Source: Felis catus (Eukaryota). Taken from it: a DNA stretch of 64,000 nucleotides. Location of the stretch: the NCBI RefSeq assembly GCF_018350175.1, contig NC_058368.1, forward strand, positions 211,422,001-211,486,000, read 5' to 3'. Under the pieces are notes generated by a model that was not told where the DNA came from, did no database searches, and saw nothing but the letters and a program-made list of their open reading frames with translations. Shown in pieces: positions 26,026 to 37,470 of this stretch (the stretch's first letter is position 1; every line of letters begins with the position of its first letter). The position numbers and the translations under genes were made by a program.

Positions 26026-28012
26026 TCCCTCAGAAACTTTTAATAATTCCCTGAAGTCCTTGATACGTGGGGCCAACTTAACTTTCCAGTCCTATTACCA
26101 GGCATGACCTGTCTGTCCTAAGGTGTCTCCTGTTCTACCCTAACTTCTTGGTCCAGGGGGAAACTACAGTGTTCCGTGCAAGTAGTTTCATAGAGAATAA
26201 AACACCCTTTCACTCCATCTCCTCAGATCAACACATATGGAGGCCCAACTCTGTGTTCTCTACCATTCCTCTCGAAATCTACTTGGAAAACTTGTACTCC
26301 TCTGTCAAAGACAGGACAAATGTCACCTTCTTTCTGCAGCCTTCCCTATTTCCCTCTCCAGTGGCAGAAGCACTCACCTGCCTCATTTGTTTCTCCAGAA
26401 CTTTGTTCCCGCCTCTATTATAACTTGTTCCTGCCTATTATAAGATCTCTGTATGCTTATAGAATATCAGTATTCATTTATGTATCCCTGGTGCCTACCA
26501 CAGTGCCACCAGACTTAGAACAGGAATTCTCTAAGTGTTAAAGTGGCACAAAGCTAAAATGTGACTGTTATCATGAAGGCAACACGTTTATGAGGATGAA
26601 ATAGAGAAATTCCAAATGAAGAACAGTGTAGCTCTAGAAGAAAATTGCCTTTTGCTGAAGACCTTCCTGGCGTCTCTTAAATCTCACAGACAAGTGGCTG
26701 CTGTTCTGCCAGTAGGTGAGGACCCCCTCCTGTCTTTAGCCACGCCGGCCTTCTCTCAGAACACAACAGATGTGTTCTAAGGCCTAAAGGAGCCTGTGAC
26801 CTCACTGGCCCCAGTGTCAACCACTCATGGGCTTGCCACATCAGTAGTCAATGAATCTAAAGTTTCATGTAAAACATGAGCTCAAAAGGGCCCAAGGAGC
26901 CCTAAGAAGGAACACACGTTCTGAGTTTAATAGAATTTATGATAGTGGTTAATAAATTGGATTCCATTTCAACTTTTCCAAAAGCTCTGATTTTTGATAT
27001 CCAGGCTCCTTATGGCCCAGGCATATTGCTTCCCTTCTCCTGGAGCGCTCAAATCTCTCAAGACCTTAAGTCACTCACATAAGCTATGCCCCACCTGAAG
27101 ACTCAGGTCCAAGGGGTACTTGAAAAAGCCCCGGGCCAGAGGCTCAGTTCTACCCAGTGGTAACATCTGCTGATCCACACTGTGCACCAGGCACTGTACA
27201 TGAGACCAGTCCCTGCTCTCATGGAGCTTCTGTTTCAGGGACAGAGGCATTTTTAAACAAAGCACATGTGAGTTTGTACAAAGAGATCCATGGCAGAGAT
27301 GTCCCTGCAGGAGGACGTGGCTGGCCAAGGGGCACAGAGCCCTGAGCTGACTGTGTCCTCAGTTCCAGAGATGTGTTTTGGCCTCAGTCCATCTGAACAA
27401 ATATTTCCTGAGCCTCTACTGCAAAATTCCTGCCCTTGTGGATCTTACACTTAGGTTTCAGTTTTAGCAAATGCATTCCTATCTTGTTCCTCTGTACAGA
27501 ATTCCTTCCAGAAGCTTCATTTCTCTAGGATGAGGACTGTCTTTTCCTCAGCAGATCTTCCAGGAACTTGAGGGCTGTCCATGGAATTCAGGTCCCGTTA
27601 CTGTGTCTGCCACCCTGATGTTGAGCGTACATAATCGCCTGTCCTTCCCCCGTGGACCTGTGGCTGGAACCCGTGATATTGTCCTCTGCCCCCTGTGCCT
27701 CAGTGCCCTCATCTGTAAACTACGGATGATAAGCGTATTTCCCTCCAAGGGATATTAGGAGGACTAAATGAGACTAGCTTGGCACATGCTAAGTACTCAG
27801 TAAATTAACTATCATCATTATCATCATTATTTCTAAGATCCCTGACACACTGCCTCATCCACGGACTTTCCCACCTCCTGAGGAGGTGTGAGTTGGGGGC
27901 AGGAAGGACTCTCCCCCGGTCATCCCCCCCCCTCCCCCACCACGGCTGTGGGTTGGCTTAGTTTGGCTCTCACGAGCTGGCCCACCCAGACCCAGCTGGG
28001 GAAACCAAGTAC

Positions 28013-28136
28013 CTCTCAGTGTCAGGTAGCCATAAGCCAGGCTGGCCAGAGCCTGTGCACATTTCCAGTGTTCTTCCCCAAAAATAATCCGAGAAAGGAT
28101 GACACAGCGAATCAGCTCCTTGTTTGCTTGGATATT
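28013..28136 (-). CDS. TTC23L: TTC23L exon ([41 protein letters not shown])
   Basis: tctgcag|AAT...AGAG|gtactt; 124 nt, phase 0->1. Confidence 0.94.
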
Positions 28137-29029
28137 CTGCAGACAGCAAATCAGTCAGTATGTTTTTTTGGAAAGAAGGGACAGCTCCAGCCCACTCTCT
28201 TCTCATGGGAATGTAGGACTGAATTCACCTGTTGTCTTTGTCTCTTCTCCTCCCTTCCCGTCCCACACCCACTCCAACAGGGCCTGCTGACTGTCCCTTA
28301 TTCCTAAGTCCTTAAACCAAGCTCTTCTCATTTCTGCCACGAGTACCTGGCTCAAGCCACCCTCACCTTTTACCTGGCTGACCATGACAGCCACCCCTGC
28401 TTCCACTCCTGTCCCCCTTCCCCCAGTCTGCTTTTCACATCACAGCCAGAGTGACTTCCTTTAGCCTTTTATTGTGAAAAACGTCAGCCATATACAAAAA
28501 TAGCATGGAGAATGGCTCACTTCGCTTCATGAGGTATCTACTCATGGTCAGTCTTGTTTCATATCCATCCTTCTTATCCACCCACCCTATTATTTTGAAG
28601 AAAATCAGTATTAAATCATTTCATATCTCATAAGTATCTCCAAAAGACACAGACTTAGACACATAACCAGAAAATCACTCACCAAAACATTAACAGTAAT
28701 TCTGTAATGTTAAATATCTATAATCTCATAAATCTAATAATTACCTCATAAATCTAGTATTTTTTTGATAATTTGCCTGTCTGCACGTAGAGATCAGTCT
28801 GCTGAGTCTCATCCTCTATAGGTTCCATTTCCACCTCTAGTTCTTTTTATTGAAAATTATATGTTGAAGAAATTGGGTCATTTGGATGATAGTGTTTCCC
28901 AAACATGTAAATTCTGTTTTCCAAACATGTAAATTTTTTCAATGCATTCTTATGGTGTCATTCAACATGCCCCTCCATTCCCTGTCTTGTCTTTATATTG
29001 GTAGCTGGATTTAGAAGTTGGGTTTGCTT

Positions 29030-29250
29030 GGGCATCTGGGTGGCTCAGCTGGTTGAGCGTATGACTTTGGCTCAGGCCATGATCTCGAAGTCTGGTTTGT
29101 GGGTTCGAGCCCCACATTGGGCTCTGTGCTGACAGCTCAAAGCCTGGAGCCTGCTTCAGATTCTGTGTCCCTTGCTCCCTGCCCCTCCCCTACTCATGCT
29201 CTGTGTCTCCCTCTCTCTCAAAAATAAACATTAAAAAAATTTTAAAAAAA
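29030..29250 (+). mobile_element. SINEC_Fc
   Basis: TSD aagttgggttt. Confidence 0.88.
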
Positions 29251-31404
29251 AGTTGGGTTTACTTTAGCTTTATTATTTTTTTTAAGCAAAACTATTTCAT
29301 AGTTCTTATACATTTTTCCATCAGAAGACACCTATGTTTGGTTGGCTTTTTTTCTGATTATTGGCACAACTACATGGATTCACTCATAAAATGTTATAAA
29401 ATGCCAATATCCAATTCTATCAGTGTTTCTTCATGTGTTAGCTGGATTAATTCTACAGACAACTCTCCCCTCATCTCCTGTTTGGTTACCCAATAATACA
29501 GTTTACCCAATAATACCCAAGATACACAATTTATTCTTTCCCTTTATTTGCTAGCTTTCAAAGTAATGAGTTCAGTCACTAGCATCCTCCACTGGTGACC
29601 AAATAGTTTGTTACTATTATTACTATAAGCATGGATTTGAAAACCTATCTGATGCTCCTGATCATGGCAAACTAATTTCTAACTTGGCTTTTGCACGTAC
29701 TGTTTCCCGCTTGGGACGCTCGAACACGTAATCACTTTCTCATTTCATTTTCGTTTTGTTCACTTCAGAGAGGCCTTTCTTGGCATCTTATCTAAAAACA
29801 GCCTCTCACCCCCGTCACTTACTATCCCACTACTTCTTTTATTCTTTTCTTCATGGCACTCACCTCTCTCTGATATTGCACTGATGGTTATTTTTTGTCT
29901 ATTAATTGTCTCCCCAAATAGAAGCTCCTTGAGAACAGAAGCTTATTCCTCATGTTCACTACCGTATGCCCAGTTCAGAGGAGATGCTCATTCAACATGC
30001 GCTGAATGAGTCATCTCTTTATCAGCCAGGAGAAGAGGATGGGGTGGAAAGAGCCCCTGCTGCTTGTAGAACTCACAGGCAGAGCTCCCCAAGAAATCAC
30101 AGAACTGCATTTTGGAGTCACAGATTTCAGTGACTTTACAAAGACAGCTATCAAATGGCTGCACTAACTGACAAAACCAAGCCTGTATCTCCTGGTGAGG
30201 TGAAAGCAGCACTTCAAAGACTCAAAGCTTGGCGTTTCAGCTCCGGTTCTAGTGTCTACTGACCGTGGTGCTCTGGGCAAGACCACCCTGGGTTCCAGCT
30301 GCCGCCTCATCCCTGTGTCCCTCCTCACCTGCCGCCTCACCTGCCCCCAGCTCACACGTACACATGCAGAGAGGGTGACAGCACAGGCCCCTTCGTGCTT
30401 TAAAAACACCCATTCCGTCAGAAGTTTTGAGAGTTCTCCATGGGCTCACCACAGAATTTATTAAGTTTCATTTTGAGGAGGAAGCAGAATACCATGAAAA
30501 GTCACTGGAACGGGAGTACAAAGCTCGCATGCTGTCCGGGCTCTGGACATTCTGCATTCATCCATCCTCAAACTCCCTGCCCTGGTGAAACGGAGATAAC
30601 CAACGTGGGCTCTAGAGGTCTGTGCCTACTGCCATCCCTCCTGCCCTTCGGGCCTGTGAGCGCTGGGTGGGGCTCGTTTAACTCCTAAATCTAAACCTTT
30701 GTCATTATCTAAACTGGCCACGGAGTTATGAAGGCTTAAAAACCCATACTTGGACTCTGGCAGATGGTACTTGTCTGTCTCTAAAAGTGAAGGTTCTGGC
30801 CTGGGTCTGTGAGACACTAATGGGTACAGGCCAAGGCGGCCGTCCTCTGCAAGTCCTCTGAACAATTTACAAAGGTGGGGTAAATGTATAGGTAGATCCA
30901 ACGAGGGGTATCAGCCTCTATCAACTGCCTGTGAGGTGTCTCTCAGCCTTTCCTAAAGCCATCTACAGACCTTTCTCCATACATGATTTTAAGCTCATTT
31001 TTTCCCTTGGCCAGGAAGTCACTGCATGAATTCCTCTGCTGATAAATCATGCCCTGGGAGCAGACGGGTGCCCGCATTCTAATAGTGAAGGTCACTGTCA
31101 TCCTGTCTCAGGTTCCTGCATTTTGAACACCCCCATTAAGCGAGGTCCTAGTTACAAGTCTTTGCCTTGTTCTTAGAAATGCATACCTGGACTTCGACCT
31201 CTGCTGCTACCTCTGTTTCTGGTGCTTTCATTTGCTTATGAGTCCAGTGAAACCGCTGGCATCTTACTTATATCCTTGCTGCTTCTGAGCCTAGACCTCA
31301 GCCCGGCTACTCTTGTTCTCAGCCTCCTGCCTCACTAGCCTGGCGTTTCCTGTCACCCAAGAGATACCATTCTGAAACCTTTCAGGAGAGACTTTTTGAA
31401 AAGT

Positions 31405-31633
31405 TTTTTTTTTTCTTTTTCTTTTTTTTTTTTTTTTCATTTATTTTTGGGACAGAGAGAGACAGAGCATGAACGGGGGAGGGGCAGAGAGAGAGGGAGA
31501 CACAGAATCGGAAACAGGCTCCAGGCTCCGAGCCATCAGCCCAGAGCCGGACGCGGGGCTCGAACTCACGGACCGCGAGATCGTGACCTGGCTGAAGTCG
31601 GACGCTTAACCAACTGCGCCACCCAGGCGCCCC
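31405..31633 (-). mobile_element. Young SINEC_Fc (CpGs intact)
   Basis: TSD gaaaagtttttt; same subfamily variants as the copies at 54360 and 54592. Confidence 0.93.
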
Positions 31634-31929
31634 GAAAAGTTTTTTACTGAAAGGTCATCCATCAAACATCAACACAAAGAATAAAGCATTAATTTTTAGT
31701 CTAAAGCCAGGAGCACAGCTATTCCATAAAAGAATGCACAGTGAGCCCTGTGTGGAGCCTGAGGGCAGGCTGGCTACCCAACTATGCTCTGCTTTCGTTT
31801 CTTCCACCTATAAAGAAATACAACTTCCTCTACTTTGAGTGCTTCAATCTCCAGTTAAGGCAGAGATTCTGTAATCATGGACATATTTTTAAAGGGAAAC
31901 TAAAACCTAGTGAGCTCTTTTGGTTTTAC

Positions 31930-32113
31930 CATGTTTTTCTTCATCAGCTGAGCAATTTTATTCTGGGATTGGGCCAATTTGTCTTCAGGAAGAGACATGC
32001 AGCCTACGGCCATCTCCTCCGTGGCCTTAGTGTCTTCTTCACTCTCTCCAGACCCGCTAGATGAATACAGTTCATCTCTTTGCTGGTATGCTGGCTTCTT
32101 GGCTTGCTGTGAC
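31930..32113 (-). CDS. TTC23L: TTC23L exon ([29 protein letters not shown]...[15 protein letters not shown])
   Basis: tctacag|G TCA...ATG|gtaaaa; 184 nt, phase 2->0; inside ORF 31900..32166. Confidence 0.92.
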
Positions 32114-34053
32114 CTGTAGATACCAGCGAGGGGCATGGATTCATATCTGACCTCTGCATATCTCAAACAAGGTAAAATTGAAGGACAGAGCCCTCCCAGC
32201 CGGGGGCTAGGGATATGCTAACATAAACTTGAAGGAATAAAGTCTGGTGATAAGCTCTTGTCACCTTTGAAGCCCAGAATCAGGATGGCAATGTGTTGAT
32301 TCAAATAAAACAGATTTGGCAAACCACCCACCTACACCAGAGTCCCAGCTCTGCTACTTACTAACCACATGACCCTAAGCAAGTTATCACGTAATTTGCT
32401 TCTTTGTAAAATGAGGTCAATCCAATGAGATTATTGGATTAAATCAGATAATACTCATGAATCACTTAGCATAGTGCCTGCTATTTAGTAAGTACTATTT
32501 TAGCATTAGCTATAATCATTTTATTAGCTCCATGTTTTGGTTTCTTCACCTACAAAATGAAGGTGGTGAATTGGAAGATTTCAAAGATCTTTTATATTCT
32601 AAAATTCTGATTCAAACCAGGAAAGAAAACGGATATAATAAATTAATGGGAAGGGAATTAACAGTTTGTGGCTAGACTTCACGTGTCCTCTTCCATATTT
32701 CTTAAAAGTAGTGGCCAACTAACTAAAGCAAGATGTGGCTCCACCAAGGAGAGGGCAGGGAACTCCACACAGTCAAGAGCAGATTCAGAAGCAAAATGGA
32801 ACTCTCAGTTGTGTTACCGATAAATGTATTAAAAAGACCTGAGTGGGTTGAAAATCTCCCCCTCTCCACTCACCTCTCTCTCTCTCTCCTACCCTCTTTC
32901 TCCCCTCTCCTTTCTCACTTGCTCAATGTAGATCTCTGACTTCAAAGCTGAACATAATTATGAATGGGTGATTGGAAACGGTAAAGATAAAAGTCAAGAG
33001 TTAATCTTATACACACCAAAGACATAACCATGTCCTAACATGGCCAGAAAAATCAAAGTGATCCAGAACAAATGGAATTCTAAAATCCTAAGTGCAACAA
33101 CAGAATGTTCAATTAATTATAAACAAGTCCCCCAAAAGAATCACTTTTGTATTCACAATAGCTTTTAAAAATTCAACCCCTATATAGTTTTAAGAATAAA
33201 ATTTATCTTCCTTTTCCACTGATAAGTAATGAATGTTCACTGTAAAAAAAAAAAAAAAAAAAAAAAGGAAAACACAGAAAGAAAAACAAATGTCAAGTGT
33301 AATCTTTCACATTAGGTTTGAAAAATGAGATGTTAATATCCATCCAGACTTCCTGTTCTAAATAACCTACCCAGAGGTATATGAGCAAACCAGGTCAAGT
33401 GGATAGGAGAGCAACATTTCTTCAGGCAAGAAACAGAAGTGTGCTTTCAGAAGACACACAAACTCAATGGAAAAGCCAGAGAACATGGCTGATGTAATGT
33501 GATCAGAAGGTAGGTGCTACATTTCCCTCCTCTCTGCCTAGTGAATTCCATACTCCTCCTTCAAGACCCGACTCAGGCGTCACCTCTGCTGGAGTCTTGC
33601 ACTGGAGTAGTAAGCAGAAGGCCTTGCAAAAATTTCCTCCAAATTTCTACTATACTGCAAATCACATTATAGTCTCATTTTCAAAATTTGTTTTGTTTCT
33701 GAGTCTTCGCTTTCTAGCAAATAAACTCCACCAGAGCCAGGACTAAATCTCATTTGTTTCTGAAACCCTGATACCTGGCTTACAGTAACAACAAATAATG
33801 AATGGCTTGTAAAAGGATGAGCAAATGAATGAAAAGAGAAACGGTAGTCTTTAGGATACCTGAAAAATACTGAAGATAGAGGGAATCTGTGGCAAGAGAT
33901 CGTGAGTCAAGAAAAATAAAAGAAAATTTAGTCCCTCAGTAGAAGATTTTGCTTAGGCTGCATACTTCACAGATCTGGAGCAGAAGTTCAATATATCAGG
34001 GTCACCAAAGAGATTGTCAATTATGGATCTTAAAAATTATAAGCCCTAAATAT

Positions 34054-34154
34054 TTTATTTTATTTTATTTATTTTTATTAAATTGTTTTAACATTTATTC
34101 ATTTTGGAGAGACAGACCAAGTGTGAGTGGGGGAGGGGCAGAGCGAGAGAGAGA

Positions 34155-34186
<32 letters not shown>

Positions 34187-34312
34187 ATCTGAAGCAGCTC
34201 CAGCCTCTGAGCTGTCAGCACAGAGCCCAATGTGGGGCTCGAGCTCAGGAACCATGAGATCATGACCTGAGCCGGAGTCGGATGCTTAACCAACTGAGCC
34301 ACCCAGGTGACC
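34054..34312 (-). mobile_element. SINEC_Fc
   Basis: TSD gccctaaatattt. Confidence 0.9.
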
Positions 34313-34769
34313 CACGCCCTAAATATTTGAAGTTCACCCTTCAATGAAATTAAGCCGAGACCAAAGGCAGTAAGCTTGAACAGCAGGGACCTCAAAGGAA
34401 GGAGAAACATCGAGGTCTTGACAAATGAGAATGCAAAACCTTAAACTGGCTTTGGATTAAACATCTTGTCATGAAAGATAAGACGACTGGAGAATTCTGG
34501 CCAGTCAGATACCTTGAAAGATAAAATAAAAGTCAATAAATAAGAATAGGCAGGTTGGATGAAAGGTCTGCCTTGCCAGGTTTGTAACTTATTCTATATG
34601 TTGCCATAATAAATATGAATTCTGACTAGTAATAATAAATATGAATTATCTGATTCCTTCCAAGATACTCTACTATGAACTCTATATCTTAATTTCAATT
34701 TTTATATTAAATAAAAAAATTACATAAACCTTAACCTCAAGATATTTCATGAGGAGGGACAGAATTACT

Positions 34770-35060
34770 AAGCTATTAACCACTTGTCACATGTGGCTAT
34801 TAAGCATATGAAATGTGGCTAGCCTGAACTGAGATGTGCTATAAGTGTAAAATACACACTGAATTTCAAAGACTTAGTTTGAAGAAAACATATAAAATAT
34901 TTCATTAGTTATTTTATAAAATACTTTGGATACATTAACTATTAAACTTCAATTTACCTATTTCTTTTTTGTTTTTTAGTACAGCTACTGGAAAATTTTA
35001 AATTATCTATGTGGCTGGCATTTATGACTTGCATTATATTTCTATTTGATAGCATTGGCA
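34770..35060. mobile_element. MER33/MER3-like hAT relic
   Basis: cacatgtggctattaagc...gagatgtgctataagtgtaaaatacacac signature. Confidence 0.7.
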
Positions 35061-35063
35061 TAG

Positions 35064-35277
35064 AGCAATGGTTCTCAACCAAGGGTGACATTTCCCCTAG
35101 GGGAGATTTGGCAACCTCTGGAGGTATTTCAGCTTTTCACTACTGGGACGGTGCTACTGGCATCTAGTGGGTGGAGACCAGGAATGCTGCTAAACATCCT
35201 ACAGTGTACAGGTCAGGCCCCCACAACAAAGAGTTATCCACCCCAAAATGTCAGCAATGCCAAGGTTGGGAACTCTT
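35064..35277. mobile_element. MER20 DNA transposon
   Basis: caatggttctcaacc...gtgctactggcatctagtgggtggagaccagg..tgctgctaaacatcctaca...ccaaggttgggaac. Confidence 0.85.
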
Positions 35278-35284
35278 GGTACAA

Positions 35285-35515
35285 AGGAATGGTTCAACAA
35301 TTGACTCTGGAGTCAGACCGCTTAGTTTAAATCACTAGCTCCGTGTTGGGCAAATTCCCGAACCTGTTTTTGATTCATACTCCTTAGCTATAAAATTATA
35401 ATAGTATAATAGCACCACCCTTACAGGGACGTTGGGAGTTAGATGAGTTAATATACAGAAGCACTTAGAACAGTGCCTGGCACATAGTATTTGCTCAATA
35501 AGTATTAGCTATTAT
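35285..35515 (+). mobile_element. MIR SINE
   Basis: gactctggagtcagac...agcacttagaacagtgcctggcacatagta...ctcaata core; several other MIR relics exist (e.g. ~10630-10910, ~20860-21010, ~32340-32520). Confidence 0.75.
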
Positions 35516-35861
35516 GATGTGAAAGTTTAATTTACTTATTGTCTATTTCACAACACAATTTTAATTTGCTCATTAACTCTGTTATATTGAATTCTCCATG
35601 ACTTTATCAATCTTGTTACAATTATAATTAACCTATCTGTAAAAAATAGGTTAGGAAAAAATTATTTTCCTTCTTGCACAGGTTGCACAAATACAAATGG
35701 ATCTTAGAGCAGAATCGTAATTAAAACACATCACAGAACTTCAACCTTCTCTTCTATATAACAGGCGCTCAAAGCTCCTCACCCCAGGTTTGCCTGAAGT
35801 GGGAGATCCCTGTGTTCCAGGCCAGTGACTGAGTGTGATGTCAACGTTCTGAGCTACTTAC

Positions 35862-35929
35862 AAGTGGAAGCAGAAGTCCCAGTCGGTGTCATTGCTGACG
35901 GTTGGAATGCGGATGGGGCTGGCTTGCAT
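35862..35929 (-). CDS. TTC23L: TTC23L first coding exon ([22 protein letters not shown]); the exon starts at 35936
   Basis: ggtag|GAAGAAG ATG CAA GCC...CAC TT|gtaagt; matches the recalled TTC23L N-terminus [14 protein letters not shown]. Confidence 0.93.
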
Positions 35930-36152
35930 CTTCTTCCTACCAAGAATCACAGGTGAGGTCGGCTTTGGGGAAAAAAAGCTATCCTATTTTCCCTCTGTTG
36001 GATGCTGTTAACATCAAACTGAAACTGCCTAAATATATAACCCATCTGAAATTCAAAAATAGACTATACACACTCATGCATAGAGACACCTGGAAAGCAG
36101 AAATTAAAGACATTTGTCAAATTAAACCTCTGAATTAAAGTTCTTTCCTCTA

Positions 36153-36353
36153 CATTTTTTTTTTTACATTTATTTATTTTTGAGAGACAGAGCACAAGTG
36201 GGGGAAGGACAGAGACAGAAGGAGATACAGAATCCGAAGCAGACTCCAGGCTGTCCGCACAGAGCCCGACGCGGGGCTTGAACTCACAAACTGTGAGATC
36301 ATAACCTGAGCCGATGTGGGACGCTTAACCGACTGAGCCAACCCAGGCACCCC
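36153..36353 (-). mobile_element. SINEC_Fc in TTC23L intron 1
   Basis: TSD aaagttctttcctcta. Confidence 0.92.
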
Positions 36354-37406
36354 AAAAGTTCTTTCCTCTAATTCCTACTCCATAGTACCTCCCAAATCCC
36401 TGACTTTTTCTTGCCCCCTTAAAGCCAGTGCATTTACAGCTCCTGAATCATCAAAACTATGTTCTGCTCAAGTCTGATATTGTTTTTGCAAGATGGATGT
36501 AAGCAAAGGAGCAGCTTTTAGTATTAAATTAGATATAGCCAGTTTATCGGTTAATTCTTCTTGTCCCTAGGGCATTCCCACTATTTAATGGGAAGTCCCA
36601 GTTAAGGAACACACACGCGTCTATTTTGGTATTGTCGTTAGCTGATGGGGGGAAATGGTTGAAAACTCATGGCAAAAATCCGATTGATAATGATTTGTGA
36701 AATTCAATTCTCATGGCTCTCCCCATCGCTTAAATCCAAATCGAATGTACGGTTTTGTACTGAACATTAACACCCACCAAGTCGCTCCTCATTTCACCCT
36801 GCAGAAGGTCACTCATTCCCACCTGAGCCCTGAGCAGCTCTCTCTGACTCAGGCTCCGGAACGTCCACAATCCAAAAACCAGAAGGAAACTTTATTAATT
36901 TCTCTTTCTAATCTCGACTTTCAAAACTATGGCCAGGGCGAGGAGTTGTGAGTTCTCAAACTCCTGAGTTCTGTTCAACGAGGTACCATACGTCCCTGAA
37001 TAAATTATAACACCAAACTTTGGCGCCTCTCTCAAACGCAAAACCCTTTCTTCTCTCCCTGCAATTTCGTAAACCCTGACGCCACATCCCGAGCCCCAGG
37101 CGAGCATCCCAAGGCTTCTTTCTGGCGGGCGGTGCCCCCGCCGCAGAGGTTCCACGTGGAAAAGCACACGCGGGGCGCCGCAAAGGAGGGGTTGAGCCCC
37201 GACCCGGCCGAGGGCAGAAAAGCCACGCCCCGGAACTAGCCTTCTCGTCTCCCTCGGCCGGCGAGCTCAGCTTCCTCCAGCGGCGTCAGCGTCCTGGCCT
37301 CGGCGGACCTCGTTCAGAGCGCTGCAAAGGTGCCTGGCAGAAGCGAGACCCTGAGAGGTCCGTCTGGCGCGCCAGCAGCCCAGGTTCCGTCTCGGAAGAC
37401 AATGGG

Positions 37407-37420
37407 GTTGCCATGGGAAC
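37407..37420. promoter_or_regulatory. RFX X-box motif GTTGCCATGGGAAC
   Basis: One mismatch from the palindromic X-box GTTGCCATGGCAAC, inside the CpG island. Confidence 0.75.
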
Positions 37421-37456
37421 GGAACGCCGCCGACAGAGCCGGGAGCGTCGGCGCCT

Positions 37457-37470
37457 GTAGCCATAGCCAC
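37457..37470. promoter_or_regulatory. Second, degenerate X-box GTAGCCATAGCCAC
   Basis: Two mismatches from GTTGCCATAGCAAC; starts 50 bp from the first box. Confidence 0.45.
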
